A stretch of 64,000 nt of DNA from Candidatus Parcubacteria bacterium. GTDB lineage: Bacteria > Patescibacteriota > Minisyncoccia > Phycocordibacterales > JAACPR01. Below, in pieces: positions 1 through 10,175 of the stretch. Under the pieces are notes generated by a model. It worked only from the letters and a program-made list of their open reading frames with translations. It was not told where the DNA came from and searched no databases. Position 1 is the first letter of the stretch, and each line of letters opens with the position of its first letter. Where the stretch lies: contig JAACPR010000001.1 in assembly GCA_009995365.1 (NCBI GenBank), positions 30,680 to 94,679 of the forward strand, written 5' to 3'. A program made the position numbers and the translations under genes.

Positions 1-3000
1 GGTTTAAAAAATGTATTCGAAGAATTTTCTTCTATTAAAGATTATTCAGAAAAGAAATTCGAATTAAAACTTGGAAAAATTGTTTTTGACAAACCAAAGC
101 TTTCTGCCAAAGAAGCTCGTCAAAATCACCTTACTTATGAGGTTCCGATGAAAATCAGGGCTACCCTTATAAACAAAACTCTTGGAACAGAAAAAGAGCA
201 AGAAATTTTCCTTGCTGATTTTCCTTTGATGACAGATCATGGGACTTTTCTAATTAACGGTGTTGAAAGAGTTATTGTTCCTCAACTAGCTAGATCTTAT
301 GGTGTCCTGTTCACAAAGCAACTGCTTCGTGGGCGTTTTCAATTTGGTTCAAAAATAATTCCTTCAAGAGGTGCATGGATTGAATTCGAAACAGACGCTG
401 ACGATATTATCTATATTAGAATAGACAGAAACAGAAAATTCCCTGTAACTACTTTCTTGAGAACTCTTGGGGTTGGGACTGACAAAGATATCCTTAATCT
501 ATTTAAAGGTGACGACAAGACAATGCTTGCGATTCAAAAAACTCTAGATAGAGATGCAACAAAAACTGTTGATGAAGCTTATCTTGATGTATACAAAAGA
601 CTAAGATATGGTGATCTTGCCACATTAGAAAATGCAAAAGATTTTGTTGATTCAATTCTTTCAGAAGCAAGATATGACTTATCAGAAGTTGGTAGATTTA
701 AATTCAACAAAAGATTTGGTCTTGGTGTTGATAAAAAATCACTAGAAAAAAGAACAATTGATATTAATGATTTAACAATTATTTTAAAACATGTAATAAG
801 TCTAAATCACACTCCAAATGCAGAAGAAGATGATATTGATCATTTAGGTTCAAGAAGAGTTCGTTTTGTTGGTGAACTATTAGAACAAAAAGTAAGAACT
901 GGTATGGCTCAAATGAAGAGAAATATTCAAAACAGAATGTCTACAATTGATACAGACACATCTCTACCTGCAAACTTTATTGCTCCACGTCCACTTCAAG
1001 CAAGAATCAAAGAGTTCTTCACAACGAACCAACTTTCACAATTCATGCTACAAGAGAACTTGCTGACAGAAACAGAACACCTTAGAACTCTTTCAGCATT
1101 AGGTCCTGGAGGTTTGCAACGTGAACGAGCAGGACTAGAAGTTCGTGACGTTCATCCATCTCACTATGGTCGTGTTTGTCCAATCCAAACACCAGAAGGT
1201 CCAAACATTGGTCTTATTTTGCGTCAATCTATTTTCTCTAGAACAAATAAATACGGAATGATTGAAACTCCTTATTTGAAAGTTGAAAAAGGTAAAGTGA
1301 CTGGAGAGGTTGTTTATATGAATGCTCATGATGAAGAAGGAAATATTATTGCTCATGCTGCTACAAAATTTGATGATAACGACAAATTCGTCGACAAGTA
1401 TGTAAGTGCTAGACAAAATGGAATTCCGGTTATCGTTAAAAATACCGAAGTTGATTATGTTGATGTTGCTCCAAACCAAGCATTCTCAATTGCTACTTCA
1501 ATGATTCCATTCTTGGATCATAATGATGCCAACCGTGCGCTTATGGCTTCTAACATGCAAAAACAAGCCGTTCCTCTATTACAAGCAGAAGCTCCTGTTA
1601 TTGCAACTGGAACTGAATATGATGCTCTACTATCTTCTAATCGTGTTTTAAGAGCTAAAGATTCAGGGGAAGTTCAAGCTGTGGATGCTAGAAAAATTAT
1701 TATAAAAAATTCAAAAGGTAAGTTGGATGAATACGAGCTTGAAAATTACCGTAGAACAAACAACTTTACTTTATTTAACCACCGTCCAATTGTAAATGTT
1801 GGCCAAAAAGTTAAGAAAGGAGAATTAATTGCTGACACATCAACTTCAGACAATGGTCAAATTGCTCTAGGTAAAAACTTACTTGTTGCTTTCATGTCAT
1901 GGAGTGGTTCTAACTACGAAGATGCGATTATTATTTCTGAAAGATTAGTTCGTGATGATACTTTGACTTCAATACATCTAGAAGAAGTTGTTGTTAATGT
2001 TCGCGATACAAAATTAGGTCCAGAAGTTACAACATCTGATATCCCAAATGTTGGTGATACAAAGCTTCGTGATTTAGATGAAGAAGGAATTGTGCGTATT
2101 GGTGCAGAAATTAGACCAGGAGATATTTTGGTTGGTAAAATTACACCAAAAGGTGAATCACAATTAACACCAGAAGAAAGACTACTAAGATCTATTTTTG
2201 GAGACAAGGCTCGTGATGTTAAAGACTCTTCAAAAAGGGCAGAAGGTGGTATGAGAGGTCGTGTAATCGGAGTTAAAGTTTTTTCAAGAGAAAACGGAGA
2301 TAAGCTTGATTCTGGAATAATTAAAAGAATTCACATCGAAGTTGCTCAGTTACGCCCAATTACAGTTGGAGATAAGTTAGCCGGTCGCCATGGTAACAAG
2401 GGTGTTATCTCAAGAGTTCTTCCGGCAGAAGATATGCCGTATAACGAAGACGGAACTCCTGTAGATATTATTCTTACTCCGCTTGGTGTTCCATCTCGTA
2501 TGAACCTTGGTCAAATTCTAGAACTTCACCTTGGACTTGCTGCAAACTCACTAGATTATCAAGCAATCTGTCCTGCTTTCGCTGGTGCAACTGTAGAAGA
2601 AATCAGAGAAGAATTGGCAGAAGCTGGATTTAATACAAACGGTAAAATGCCTCTTTTTGATGGTAGAACCGGTGAACAATTTGAACAAGATATAGCTACA
2701 GGTTATATGTATATGTTGAAACTTCACCACATGGTCGAAGACAAGCTTCACATGAGATCTATTGGTCCATACTCTCTTATTACACAACAACCGCTTGGAG
2801 GTAAAGCTCAAAATGGTGGTCAAAGATTTGGAGAAATGGAAGTCTGGGCGCTACTTGGTCATGGTGTTGCCCATACACTTCGCGAAGTTCTAACTTATAA
2901 ATCAGACGATATAGTTGGTCGTTCAGCTGCCTTTGATTCTATTGTTAAAGGTCAACCTATTTCACAAACTAACACTCCTGCGTCATTTAACGTTCTTGTT

Positions 3001-3078
3001 AGCAATATTAGAGGTCTAGCCTTGGATATTGATATTATAAATGAAGTCGATGAAGATGAAAAAATTAATAATAAATAA
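1..3078 (+). CDS. rpoB: RNA polymerase beta subunit (5'-truncated by window edge)
   Basis: Frame open from nt 1 (GLKNVFEEFSSIKDY...), so the true start is upstream. Motifs GTFLINGVERVIV, GDKLAGRHGNKG, GQRFGEMEVWAL. Confidence 0.99.
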   Translation, partial: GLKNVFEEFSSIKDYSEKKFELKLGKIVFDKPKLSAKEARQNHLTYEVPMKIRATLINKTLGTEKEQEIFLADFPLMTDHGTFLINGVERVIVPQLARSYGVLFTKQLLRGRFQFGSKIIPSRGAWIEFETDADDIIYIRIDRNRKFPVTTFLRTLGVGTDKDILNLFKGDDKTMLAIQKTLDRDATKTVDEAYLDVYKRLRYGDLATLENAKDFVDSILSEARYDLSEVGRFKFNKRFGLGVDKKSLEKRTIDINDLTIILKHVISLNHTPNAEEDDIDHLGSRRVRFVGELLEQKVRTGMAQMKRNIQNRMSTIDTDTSLPANFIAPRPLQARIKEFFTTNQLSQFMLQENLLTETEHLRTLSALGPGGLQRERAGLEVRDVHPSHYGRVCPIQTPEGPNIGLILRQSIFSRTNKYGMIETPYLKVEKGKVTGEVVYMNAHDEEGNIIAHAATKFDDNDKFVDKYVSARQNGIPVIVKNTEVDYVDVAPNQAFSIATSMIPFLDHNDANRALMASNMQKQAVPLLQAEAPVIATGTEYDALLSSNRVLRAKDSGEVQAVDARKIIIKNSKGKLDEYELENYRRTNNFTLFNHRPIVNVGQKVKKGELIADTSTSDNGQIALGKNLLVAFMSWSGSNYEDAIIISERLVRDDTLTSIHLEEVVVNVRDTKLGPEVTTSDIPNVGDTKLRDLDEEGIVRIGAEIRPGDILVGKITPKGESQLTPEERLLRSIFGDKARDVKDSSKRAEGGMRGRVIGVKVFSRENGDKLDSGIIKRIHIEVAQLRPITVGDKLAGRHGNKGVISRVLPAEDMPYNEDGTPVDIILTPLGVPSRMNLGQILELHLGLAANSLDYQAICPAFAGATVEEIREELAEAGFNTNGKMPLFDGRTGEQFEQDIATGYMYMLKLHHMVEDKLHMRSIGPYSLITQQPLGGKAQNGGQRFGEMEVWALLGHGVAHTLREVLTYKSDDIVGRSAAFDSIVKGQPISQTNTPASFNVLVSNIRGLALDIDIINEVDEDEKINNK

Positions 3079-3088
3079 TCAAACAATC

Positions 3089-6000
3089 ATGAGAAGAAAA
3101 CAAAAAGAAGTAAAAATTGATAAAATTTTCTTGAGATTAGCATCTCCAGAAAGAATTTTAGAGTGGTCACATGGGGAAGTTACAAGACCAGAAACAGTCA
3201 ATTATAGAACTCAACGTTCTGAAAAAAATGGTTTGTTTGATGAAAGAATCTTCGGTCCAGAAAAAGACTACGAATGTTATTGTGGAAAATACAAAGGAAT
3301 TCGTTACAAAGGAATTACTTGTGAAAAGTGTGGAGTTGAAGTAACTCGTGCAATTGTTCGCCGTGATAGAATGGGGCATATTGAACTTGCTTCACCTGTA
3401 TCTCACATTTGGTTTTTGCGTTCTATGCCATCTAGAATTTCATTAATTCTAGGAATGACATCGTCTGATGTTGAAAAAGTTATTTATTTCGCTGGCTACC
3501 TTATTACAAAAGTGGATGAAGATGAAAAGAAGAGAATTCTTTCTGATCTTGATTCTGAACTAAAAACAAAATCAAAAACTGCGCAAGATGAAAAAACAAA
3601 AAATCATCTTAAAGATCTTTACCAAGATACAAAAAGTGAAATAGACAGCATCGTCCAAGGAAAAGTAATTGATGAAGTCCAATATCATAAATACTCTATG
3701 AAATATGGCTCACTTTTTGAAGCTGAAATCGGTGCTGAAGCAGTTTATGAAATTTTCAAAAATCTAAAACTTGAAGAGCTTAAAGCTAACTTGGAAAAAG
3801 ATCTTGAAAAAGCAACATCAGTAACAAGAGACAAACTAAATAAAAGATTAAGTTTGGTTAAATCAATGATTCGATCAAACATTAGACCAGAGTGGATGTT
3901 TTTGAAATATATTCCAATTATTCCTCCTGCTATTCGTCCGATGGTTGCGCTTGATGGTGGAAGACAAGCTACTTCTGATGTTAACGATCTTTATCGTCGT
4001 GTAATTAACAGAAATAACCGTCTGAAAAAACTTAAAAATATCGGTGCACCTGATGTTATTTTGAGAAATGAAAAGAGAATTCTACAAGAAGCTGTAGATG
4101 CTTTGATTGATAATTCAATTAGACACAATTCAAATTCAGGGATGATGAGTGCAGCTCAAAAAAGACCATTAAAATCAATTGCTGATTCACTAAAAGGGAA
4201 AAGAGGTATTTTTAGAGGAAACCTTCTTGGTAAGCGTGTTGATTATTCTGGACGTTCTGTAATTGTTATTGGTCCTACACTAAAACTAAATCAGTGTGGT
4301 CTTCCAAAACATATGGCGCTTGAACTTTTCAAACCATTTGTGATATCTGAGCTTTTGAAAAAAGAATTAGCCTTCAATATTAGAGGTGCTGGTCGCTTGA
4401 TTGACGATGGAGCTCCAGAAGTTTGGGAAATTTTAGAAGAAGTAATTAGAGATAAGTACGTTCTACTAAACCGTGCCCCTACTTTGCACCGTCTTGGTAT
4501 CCAAGCTTTCAAACCGGTTTTGATCGAAGGTAAAGCTATCCAAGTTCACCCACTTGTGTGTACTGCTTTCAATGCTGACTTCGACGGTGACCAAATGGCT
4601 GTTCATGTACCATTATCTGTAGTTTCTCAATATGAAGCTCGTGAAATTATGGCAGCTGACAAGAACGTATTGAAACCAGGTTCTGGTGAGCCTGTCGTCG
4701 CAGCTAAATTGCTAGATATTCTATTGGGATGTTTCTGGGTAACAAAAATGATCAAAGGCGAAAAAGGTGAAGGTATGATATTCCCAGGACCAAACACTGC
4801 TATGACTGCCCGTGATTACAGTCTTCTTTCTCTAAGAGCAAAAATAATAATCAAGAGTAAAGCAGGAACAAAATATGAATCAGAAAATGGTCAAATAGAA
4901 ACAACTGTTGGAAGAATTATGTTCAACTCAATTCTGCCTGATGATTATCCTTATGTTAATGACGAAATCAACAAAAAGAAAATGTCTGAAATTGTTGATG
5001 ATTTAATTGCGCGTTACGGTATTAGTGGTATTCCAAAAATTCTTGATGATATTAAGGAATTCGGTTTCAAATATGCTACAAAATCAGGTATAACATGGGC
5101 TATTGATGACTTGGTTATTCCAGTAGAGAAAAAACCAATTATTGATGCTGCAACAGAAGAGGTTAAACAAGTTGTAAGACAGTTTAACGATGGTCTTCTT
5201 TCAAATATGGAGAAGAAAAGAAAACTTACAACAATTTGGCATGAAGCTAAAAATAAAATTGAAGCGTTAATTCCTGGAACTTTAGATGAAAATTCTCCAG
5301 TTTATGATATGTGGAAATCGGGAGCCAGAGGTTCTCTTGGACAAATTACTAACATGGCAGGTATGAAAGGTCTTATTGTTAACTCAAAAGGTGAAGAAAT
5401 TGAAACCCCAGTTCTATCATCTTCAAAAGAAGGATTCAGTCCTATCGAATACTTCACATCAACTCACGGTTCTAGAAAAGGTCTTACCGACACTGCTCTA
5501 AACACTGCTAAAGCCGGTTACCTAACTAGAAGACTCTTTGACGTTGCCCAAGATGTAATTGTTAATGAACATGACTGTGGTACAAAAAATTCAATTCTAA
5601 TCAAACGTGATACAGGTGATTCAGGTATTGAAGTTCCTATCTCAAAGAAAATTAAAGGTAGAGTTCTTGCTAAAGAAGTTAAAGCAGGAGACAAAACTTA
5701 CAAAAAAGGTCATCTTATAAGTAAATTAGATGCACTTGATATTGAAAACAGTGACCTGAATGAAATAGAAGTTAGATCGCCGCTTACTTGTGAATCTGGT
5801 AAAGGAGTTTGTGCTAGTTGTTATGGTTCAGACCTTGGTAAAGATGAAATGGTTGATCTAGGTGAAGCTATTGGTACAATTGCCGCACAAGCTATTGGTG
5901 AACCTGGTACACAGTTAACTATGAGAACTTTCCATGCTGGAGGTACTGCTGTTGTTGGTGGAGACATTACACAAGGTCTTCCTCGTGTTGAAGAGGTTTT

Positions 6001-6754
6001 TGAAAGAAGAAAACCAAAATCACCAGCTATCATCTCAAAAACAGATGGAATTGTTTCAGAAATTCGTGATGAAAAGAAAGAAAAAATATTGGTTGTTTCT
6101 CCAAAAGCTGGAGCAAAAAGTCAAAAACTACAAGAATATAAAATTTCTGAAATCCGAACACTCTTGGTTAAAGAAGGAGATGAAATTACTAAAGGTCAAT
6201 TACTAACTGATGGTTCAGTTGATATTGCAGAACTATATAAACTTGCTGGTCGTGAAGCTGCTGAAAACTATATTATTGGACAAATCAACAGAGTTTACGA
6301 ACTTCAAGGAGAGCCAGTCTCAAGAAAACACATCGAAATTATCGTTAGACAAATGTTCTCAAGAATTAAAATTACAGAAATAGGCGATTCATTGTTCGCT
6401 GTTGGGGATGTTGTTAGTAGATCTGATTTCAACGCAGAAAACAAAAAATTATCTGAAAGTAACAAAATGGAAGCTAAGGGAGATGTTGTTCTGCTAGGTA
6501 TTACAGAAGTATCACTTTCAAGAAAAAGTTTCTTGTCAGCGGCTTCATTCCAACACACAACAAAAGTTCTTATCAACGCAGCTATTCGTGGTGCCGAGGA
6601 CAATTTGAGTGGACTAAAGGAAAATGTTATTTTAGGTCGCTTGATTCCAGCTGGTACAGGTTTTGTCGGAAGTAAGAAATATGAACAAGCAAAATTAATT
6701 GAAGAAGAAGCAATTGCAAAATACGAAGAGCTGAATTCATACGATAACGAATAA
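3089..6754 (+). CDS. rpoC: RNA polymerase beta' subunit
   Basis: NADFDGDQM catalytic motif, N-terminal Zn finger, GEPGTQLTMRTFH. Start moved to ATG 3089 to avoid overlapping rpoB. Confidence 0.99.
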   Translation: MRRKQKEVKIDKIFLRLASPERILEWSHGEVTRPETVNYRTQRSEKNGLFDERIFGPEKDYECYCGKYKGIRYKGITCEKCGVEVTRAIVRRDRMGHIELASPVSHIWFLRSMPSRISLILGMTSSDVEKVIYFAGYLITKVDEDEKKRILSDLDSELKTKSKTAQDEKTKNHLKDLYQDTKSEIDSIVQGKVIDEVQYHKYSMKYGSLFEAEIGAEAVYEIFKNLKLEELKANLEKDLEKATSVTRDKLNKRLSLVKSMIRSNIRPEWMFLKYIPIIPPAIRPMVALDGGRQATSDVNDLYRRVINRNNRLKKLKNIGAPDVILRNEKRILQEAVDALIDNSIRHNSNSGMMSAAQKRPLKSIADSLKGKRGIFRGNLLGKRVDYSGRSVIVIGPTLKLNQCGLPKHMALELFKPFVISELLKKELAFNIRGAGRLIDDGAPEVWEILEEVIRDKYVLLNRAPTLHRLGIQAFKPVLIEGKAIQVHPLVCTAFNADFDGDQMAVHVPLSVVSQYEAREIMAADKNVLKPGSGEPVVAAKLLDILLGCFWVTKMIKGEKGEGMIFPGPNTAMTARDYSLLSLRAKIIIKSKAGTKYESENGQIETTVGRIMFNSILPDDYPYVNDEINKKKMSEIVDDLIARYGISGIPKILDDIKEFGFKYATKSGITWAIDDLVIPVEKKPIIDAATEEVKQVVRQFNDGLLSNMEKKRKLTTIWHEAKNKIEALIPGTLDENSPVYDMWKSGARGSLGQITNMAGMKGLIVNSKGEEIETPVLSSSKEGFSPIEYFTSTHGSRKGLTDTALNTAKAGYLTRRLFDVAQDVIVNEHDCGTKNSILIKRDTGDSGIEVPISKKIKGRVLAKEVKAGDKTYKKGHLISKLDALDIENSDLNEIEVRSPLTCESGKGVCASCYGSDLGKDEMVDLGEAIGTIAAQAIGEPGTQLTMRTFHAGGTAVVGGDITQGLPRVEEVFERRKPKSPAIISKTDGIVSEIRDEKKEKILVVSPKAGAKSQKLQEYKISEIRTLLVKEGDEITKGQLLTDGSVDIAELYKLAGREAAENYIIGQINRVYELQGEPVSRKHIEIIVRQMFSRIKITEIGDSLFAVGDVVSRSDFNAENKKLSESNKMEAKGDVVLLGITEVSLSRKSFLSAASFQHTTKVLINAAIRGAEDNLSGLKENVILGRLIPAGTGFVGSKKYEQAKLIEEEAIAKYEELNSYDNE

Positions 6755-6768
6755 TAATTAAAAAAACT

Positions 6769-8472
6769 ATGTCGCAAGATAATGTATCAAAAATAAAAGA
6801 GCGACTAGGAATCAAAGAAGTTGTCGAGACATATATCAAACTAGAAAAAGCGGGAAGTAACTTTAAAGGTAGATGTCCGTTCCACAATGAAAAAACACCA
6901 TCTTTCTTTGTTTCTCCAGATCGAGATTCATACTATTGTTTTGGTTGTGGTGCAAAAGGCGACATATTCACTTTTGTTCAAGAATACGAAGGAATTGATT
7001 TTTTAAATTCTTTGAAATTATTGGCTGATAGAGCTGGTATAAAATTAGATAAAATTAATCACAAGCAGAATTCGCAAGAAAATCTCCTGAAAGAAATCCT
7101 CGAAGAAGCAACGATTTTTTTTGAGGATGCATTCAAAAAAAATTCCGAGGTAATGATTTATCTTAAAAAAAGAGGATTGAATGAAGACACTATCAAAGAA
7201 TGGCGAATTGGTTTTGCACCTAATGGTTGGAGTAATCTATCAGACCACCTAAAGAAAAAAGGTTACAAAGAGTCAGATATTGAGAAAGCGGGTCTGATCA
7301 AAAAAGGTCCAAAAGAAAGTTATTACGACAGATTTAGAAGTAGGATAATTTTTCCGATACATAATTCAAACGGAGACATTATCGCTTTTACCGGAAGAAT
7401 TTTTGGAGCAGAAGAAGATACCGCAAAGTATTTAAATAGTCCTGAAACTGAACTATTTAAGAAATCTGAAATACTTTTTGCTTTTGATAAAGCTAAAGGT
7501 TCAATAAGAAAAAATGACTTTGCTATTTTAGTTGAAGGGCAAATGGATACGATTATGTGTCATCAGGCCGGATATAAGAATGCTATCGCATCGTCCGGTA
7601 CAGCCATAACAGAAACCCAACTAAGAAATATCAATAGGTTATCCAAAAATTTGGTCATTGCTTATGATTCTGATAGTGCTGGTTTCGCTGCTTCAGAAAA
7701 AGCTTGGAAAGTTGCATTGTCAATTGGAATGGATGTTAAAATTTCGCCGATTGAAGAAGGTCTAGACCCTGCAGACTTGATCCAAAAAGATCCAAAAAAA
7801 TGGAAAGAGACTATCAAAAAATCAGAGCACATCATAGATGTCTTTATAAGAAAAATATCAAATTCAGAAACCGATAAACGAAAAATAATTCAAAGAGTTA
7901 TAAAAGACATTGTTCCACACTTGAAATACATATCTTCTAGTATGGATAGAGATCACTTTGTAAAAAAAGTCGCCGAAGCTTTTGACATATCAATAGAAGC
8001 TATAAACGAAGAGGTAGCTTCTTATGAAGACGATAACGGTGAATCTTTAAATTTGAATAATTTATCAAAATCTTCTCTAGTTGAAAGGGAAAAATTTGAT
8101 GAATTAGCATTAGAGAAAAGGATATTTGGCGTGATGTATGCTCTTGAGAAAAAAGACGAAGAGGAATTCAAGATGATGCAGGAGGGGATAATAAATATTG
8201 TAGGTCAAGAGGGATATGATAAAATTTTAGAAAGTATAAATGAGGAACTAGAAGAAATTATATTTGCCGTTGAAAATTCTTTTGATGAAAAGAATATTAA
8301 AATAGAATCCAAAGAATTATTAAAAAATTTAAAAATAAAAAAATTAAATAACGATAGGAAAAAAATATTATTAGAGCTTAAAAAAGCCGAACAACAAAAA
8401 GATGAAGAGTTAGAGAATAATTTATTATTAGAAATCAATAAAATTTCAAAAAAAATACAAGAAATAAATTAA
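6769..8472 (+). CDS. dnaG: DNA primase
   Basis: CPFH...CFGC Zn finger, [26 protein letters not shown] EGxMD and YDSDSAG. Confidence 0.98.
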   Translation: MSQDNVSKIKERLGIKEVVETYIKLEKAGSNFKGRCPFHNEKTPSFFVSPDRDSYYCFGCGAKGDIFTFVQEYEGIDFLNSLKLLADRAGIKLDKINHKQNSQENLLKEILEEATIFFEDAFKKNSEVMIYLKKRGLNEDTIKEWRIGFAPNGWSNLSDHLKKKGYKESDIEKAGLIKKGPKESYYDRFRSRIIFPIHNSNGDIIAFTGRIFGAEEDTAKYLNSPETELFKKSEILFAFDKAKGSIRKNDFAILVEGQMDTIMCHQAGYKNAIASSGTAITETQLRNINRLSKNLVIAYDSDSAGFAASEKAWKVALSIGMDVKISPIEEGLDPADLIQKDPKKWKETIKKSEHIIDVFIRKISNSETDKRKIIQRVIKDIVPHLKYISSSMDRDHFVKKVAEAFDISIEAINEEVASYEDDNGESLNLNNLSKSSLVEREKFDELALEKRIFGVMYALEKKDEEEFKMMQEGIINIVGQEGYDKILESINEELEEIIFAVENSFDEKNIKIESKELLKNLKIKKLNNDRKKILLELKKAEQQKDEELENNLLLEINKISKKIQEIN

Positions 8473-8479
8473 ATTTTAT

Positions 8480-9661
8480 ATGCCAAAAAAGAAAGCAAGC
8501 AAAAAACAAAATAAAACAACAAAAAAAGTAGCAAACACTACTAACAAAAAAAACATAAATAAAACTAAAAAAACTCCTGCTAAAAAAAATAAAAAAGAGG
8601 ATTTAAAAATTGCTGCTGCGAAAAAAATAATCAATAAAGGTAAAGAAAGAGGTTATATTACCTATGATGAAATTTTAAAAGCATTTCCAAATATTGAATC
8701 TGATGTTAAATTTCTAACTTCTCTTTATGAAGATTTAGAAAATTCTGGTGTAGATGTGTTGGAGAGTGGTGGACTACTAGAAACCATAGAAGAAAAAGAC
8801 GGTAAATTTGTCTATGGTAAAAATGCTTCACAATATGATTCAATCCAAATGTATCTAAAGGAGATTGGTCAATATTCTCTAATCATGGCTCATGAAGAAA
8901 AAGAGTTAGCTAAAAGGATTGAACAGGGCGATGAAGAAGCAAAAAACCTTCTAGCTCGCGCCAACCTTCGTCTAGTTGTATCTATTGCTAAAAAATATGT
9001 AGGTAGAAGCCCTGATTTGACCTTGCTCGACCTTATCCAAGAAGGGAACCTGGGTCTCTTTAAAGCTGTTGATAAATTTGATTGGACAAAAGGTTATAAA
9101 TTTTCAACTTATGCCACATGGTGGATTAGGCAGGCAATCACTCGTGCTTTGGCTGATCAATCTAGAACAATTCGTGTCCCTGTTCATATGGTTGAAACGA
9201 TTGCAAAATATAAGCAAGTCTATCGTCGTCTATCACAAGACCTTGGGCGTGAACCAATGCCAGAAGAAATTTCAGTGGAAATGGATTTGGATATTGAAAA
9301 AGTGTATACAATTGAAAAAATTGACCAAAATACTGTTTCTCTAGAAAGCCCTGTCGGAGACGATGGTGATGAAAAATCTACCCTTAGTGACTTTTTAGCT
9401 GATGATAAAATTTCTTCACCTGATCAAGATGCCTCACATCGAATTTTGAAAGATCAAGTCGAAGCTATTCTGAGTGATTTATCAGAAAAAGAAAGAAAAA
9501 TTTTAGAATTACGACATGGACTTGGGGATGGAATTCAACATACCCTAGAAGAAGTTGGGAAAAAGTTCGGTGTTACTAGAGAGAGAATTCGTCAAATCGA
9601 AGCCAAAGCACATGAAAAAATTAGACAACATAACGATTCTGACAAATTAAAGAATTATTAG
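8480..9661 (+). CDS. rpoD: Primary sigma70 factor
   Basis: [46 protein letters not shown]; follows dnaG. Confidence 0.97.
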   Translation: MPKKKASKKQNKTTKKVANTTNKKNINKTKKTPAKKNKKEDLKIAAAKKIINKGKERGYITYDEILKAFPNIESDVKFLTSLYEDLENSGVDVLESGGLLETIEEKDGKFVYGKNASQYDSIQMYLKEIGQYSLIMAHEEKELAKRIEQGDEEAKNLLARANLRLVVSIAKKYVGRSPDLTLLDLIQEGNLGLFKAVDKFDWTKGYKFSTYATWWIRQAITRALADQSRTIRVPVHMVETIAKYKQVYRRLSQDLGREPMPEEISVEMDLDIEKVYTIEKIDQNTVSLESPVGDDGDEKSTLSDFLADDKISSPDQDASHRILKDQVEAILSDLSEKERKILELRHGLGDGIQHTLEEVGKKFGVTRERIRQIEAKAHEKIRQHNDSDKLKNY

Positions 9662-9663
9662 AT

Positions 9664-10137
9664 TTAATTTAAATCAGTTCTTGGTGCAATAGTATTATTA
9701 AAATCATCTAATAAATATTTCACTATTTCTTCAGCTCTGCTAATATCTTTTTTGTCTGACATGGATATTAATATTTTTGATTTTTCCGCGTCTATCATCA
9801 AAGTCTCTAGTTTGCTTTGAGCGTCAATTATCTCATTAATTTCATTTTTTATTTTTTCTCTTTTCTTTCTAAATTCTGGAGTATTTGCTTTATCTGATTC
9901 AATTAGTTTTTCAGATAAGTCAGATAATTTATCATATCTATTATTTAGATCAGAATTAATCATCTTTAATTGTTTTTCGAATAAGATAACCTTAACAAGT
10001 TCTATATCTTCGGGGTTTAATAAACTAAATCGCTTTAAAACTCTCTCGGTAAAATTTTTAATTCTGTGTGTTAATAGTAATAATTCAGGATCGATATTTG
10101 GTTGGTCGTTGTTTTCAAAAGATTCGTTTAATTTCAT
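9664..10137 (-). CDS. Hypothetical helical/coiled-coil protein
   Basis: 157-aa ORF filling the gap, with TGATATAAT 7 nt upstream of the ATG. Confidence 0.7.
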   Translation of the reverse strand: MKLNESFENNDQPNIDPELLLLTHRIKNFTERVLKRFSLLNPEDIELVKVILFEKQLKMINSDLNNRYDKLSDLSEKLIESDKANTPEFRKKREKIKNEINEIIDAQSKLETLMIDAEKSKILISMSDKKDISRAEEIVKYLLDDFNNTIAPRTDLN

Positions 10138-10175
10138 GATATAAATTATATCAAAACTTGTTATAATTCAAACAT
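10138..10175. promoter_or_regulatory. Back-to-back extended -10 promoters
   Basis: - strand TGA-TATAAT (10153-10145), 7 nt from ATG 10137; + strand TGT-TATAAT (10159-10167), 8 nt from ATG 10176. Confidence 0.7.

Noticed and set aside
148-150. ATG 148 as rpoB start
   Set aside because: The frame is open and RpoB-like from nt 1, so the gene starts upstream of the window.
3041-3088. ORF-track start of rpoC at 3041
   Set aside because: Overlaps the rpoB 3' end; ATG 3089 after the rpoB stop is more plausible.
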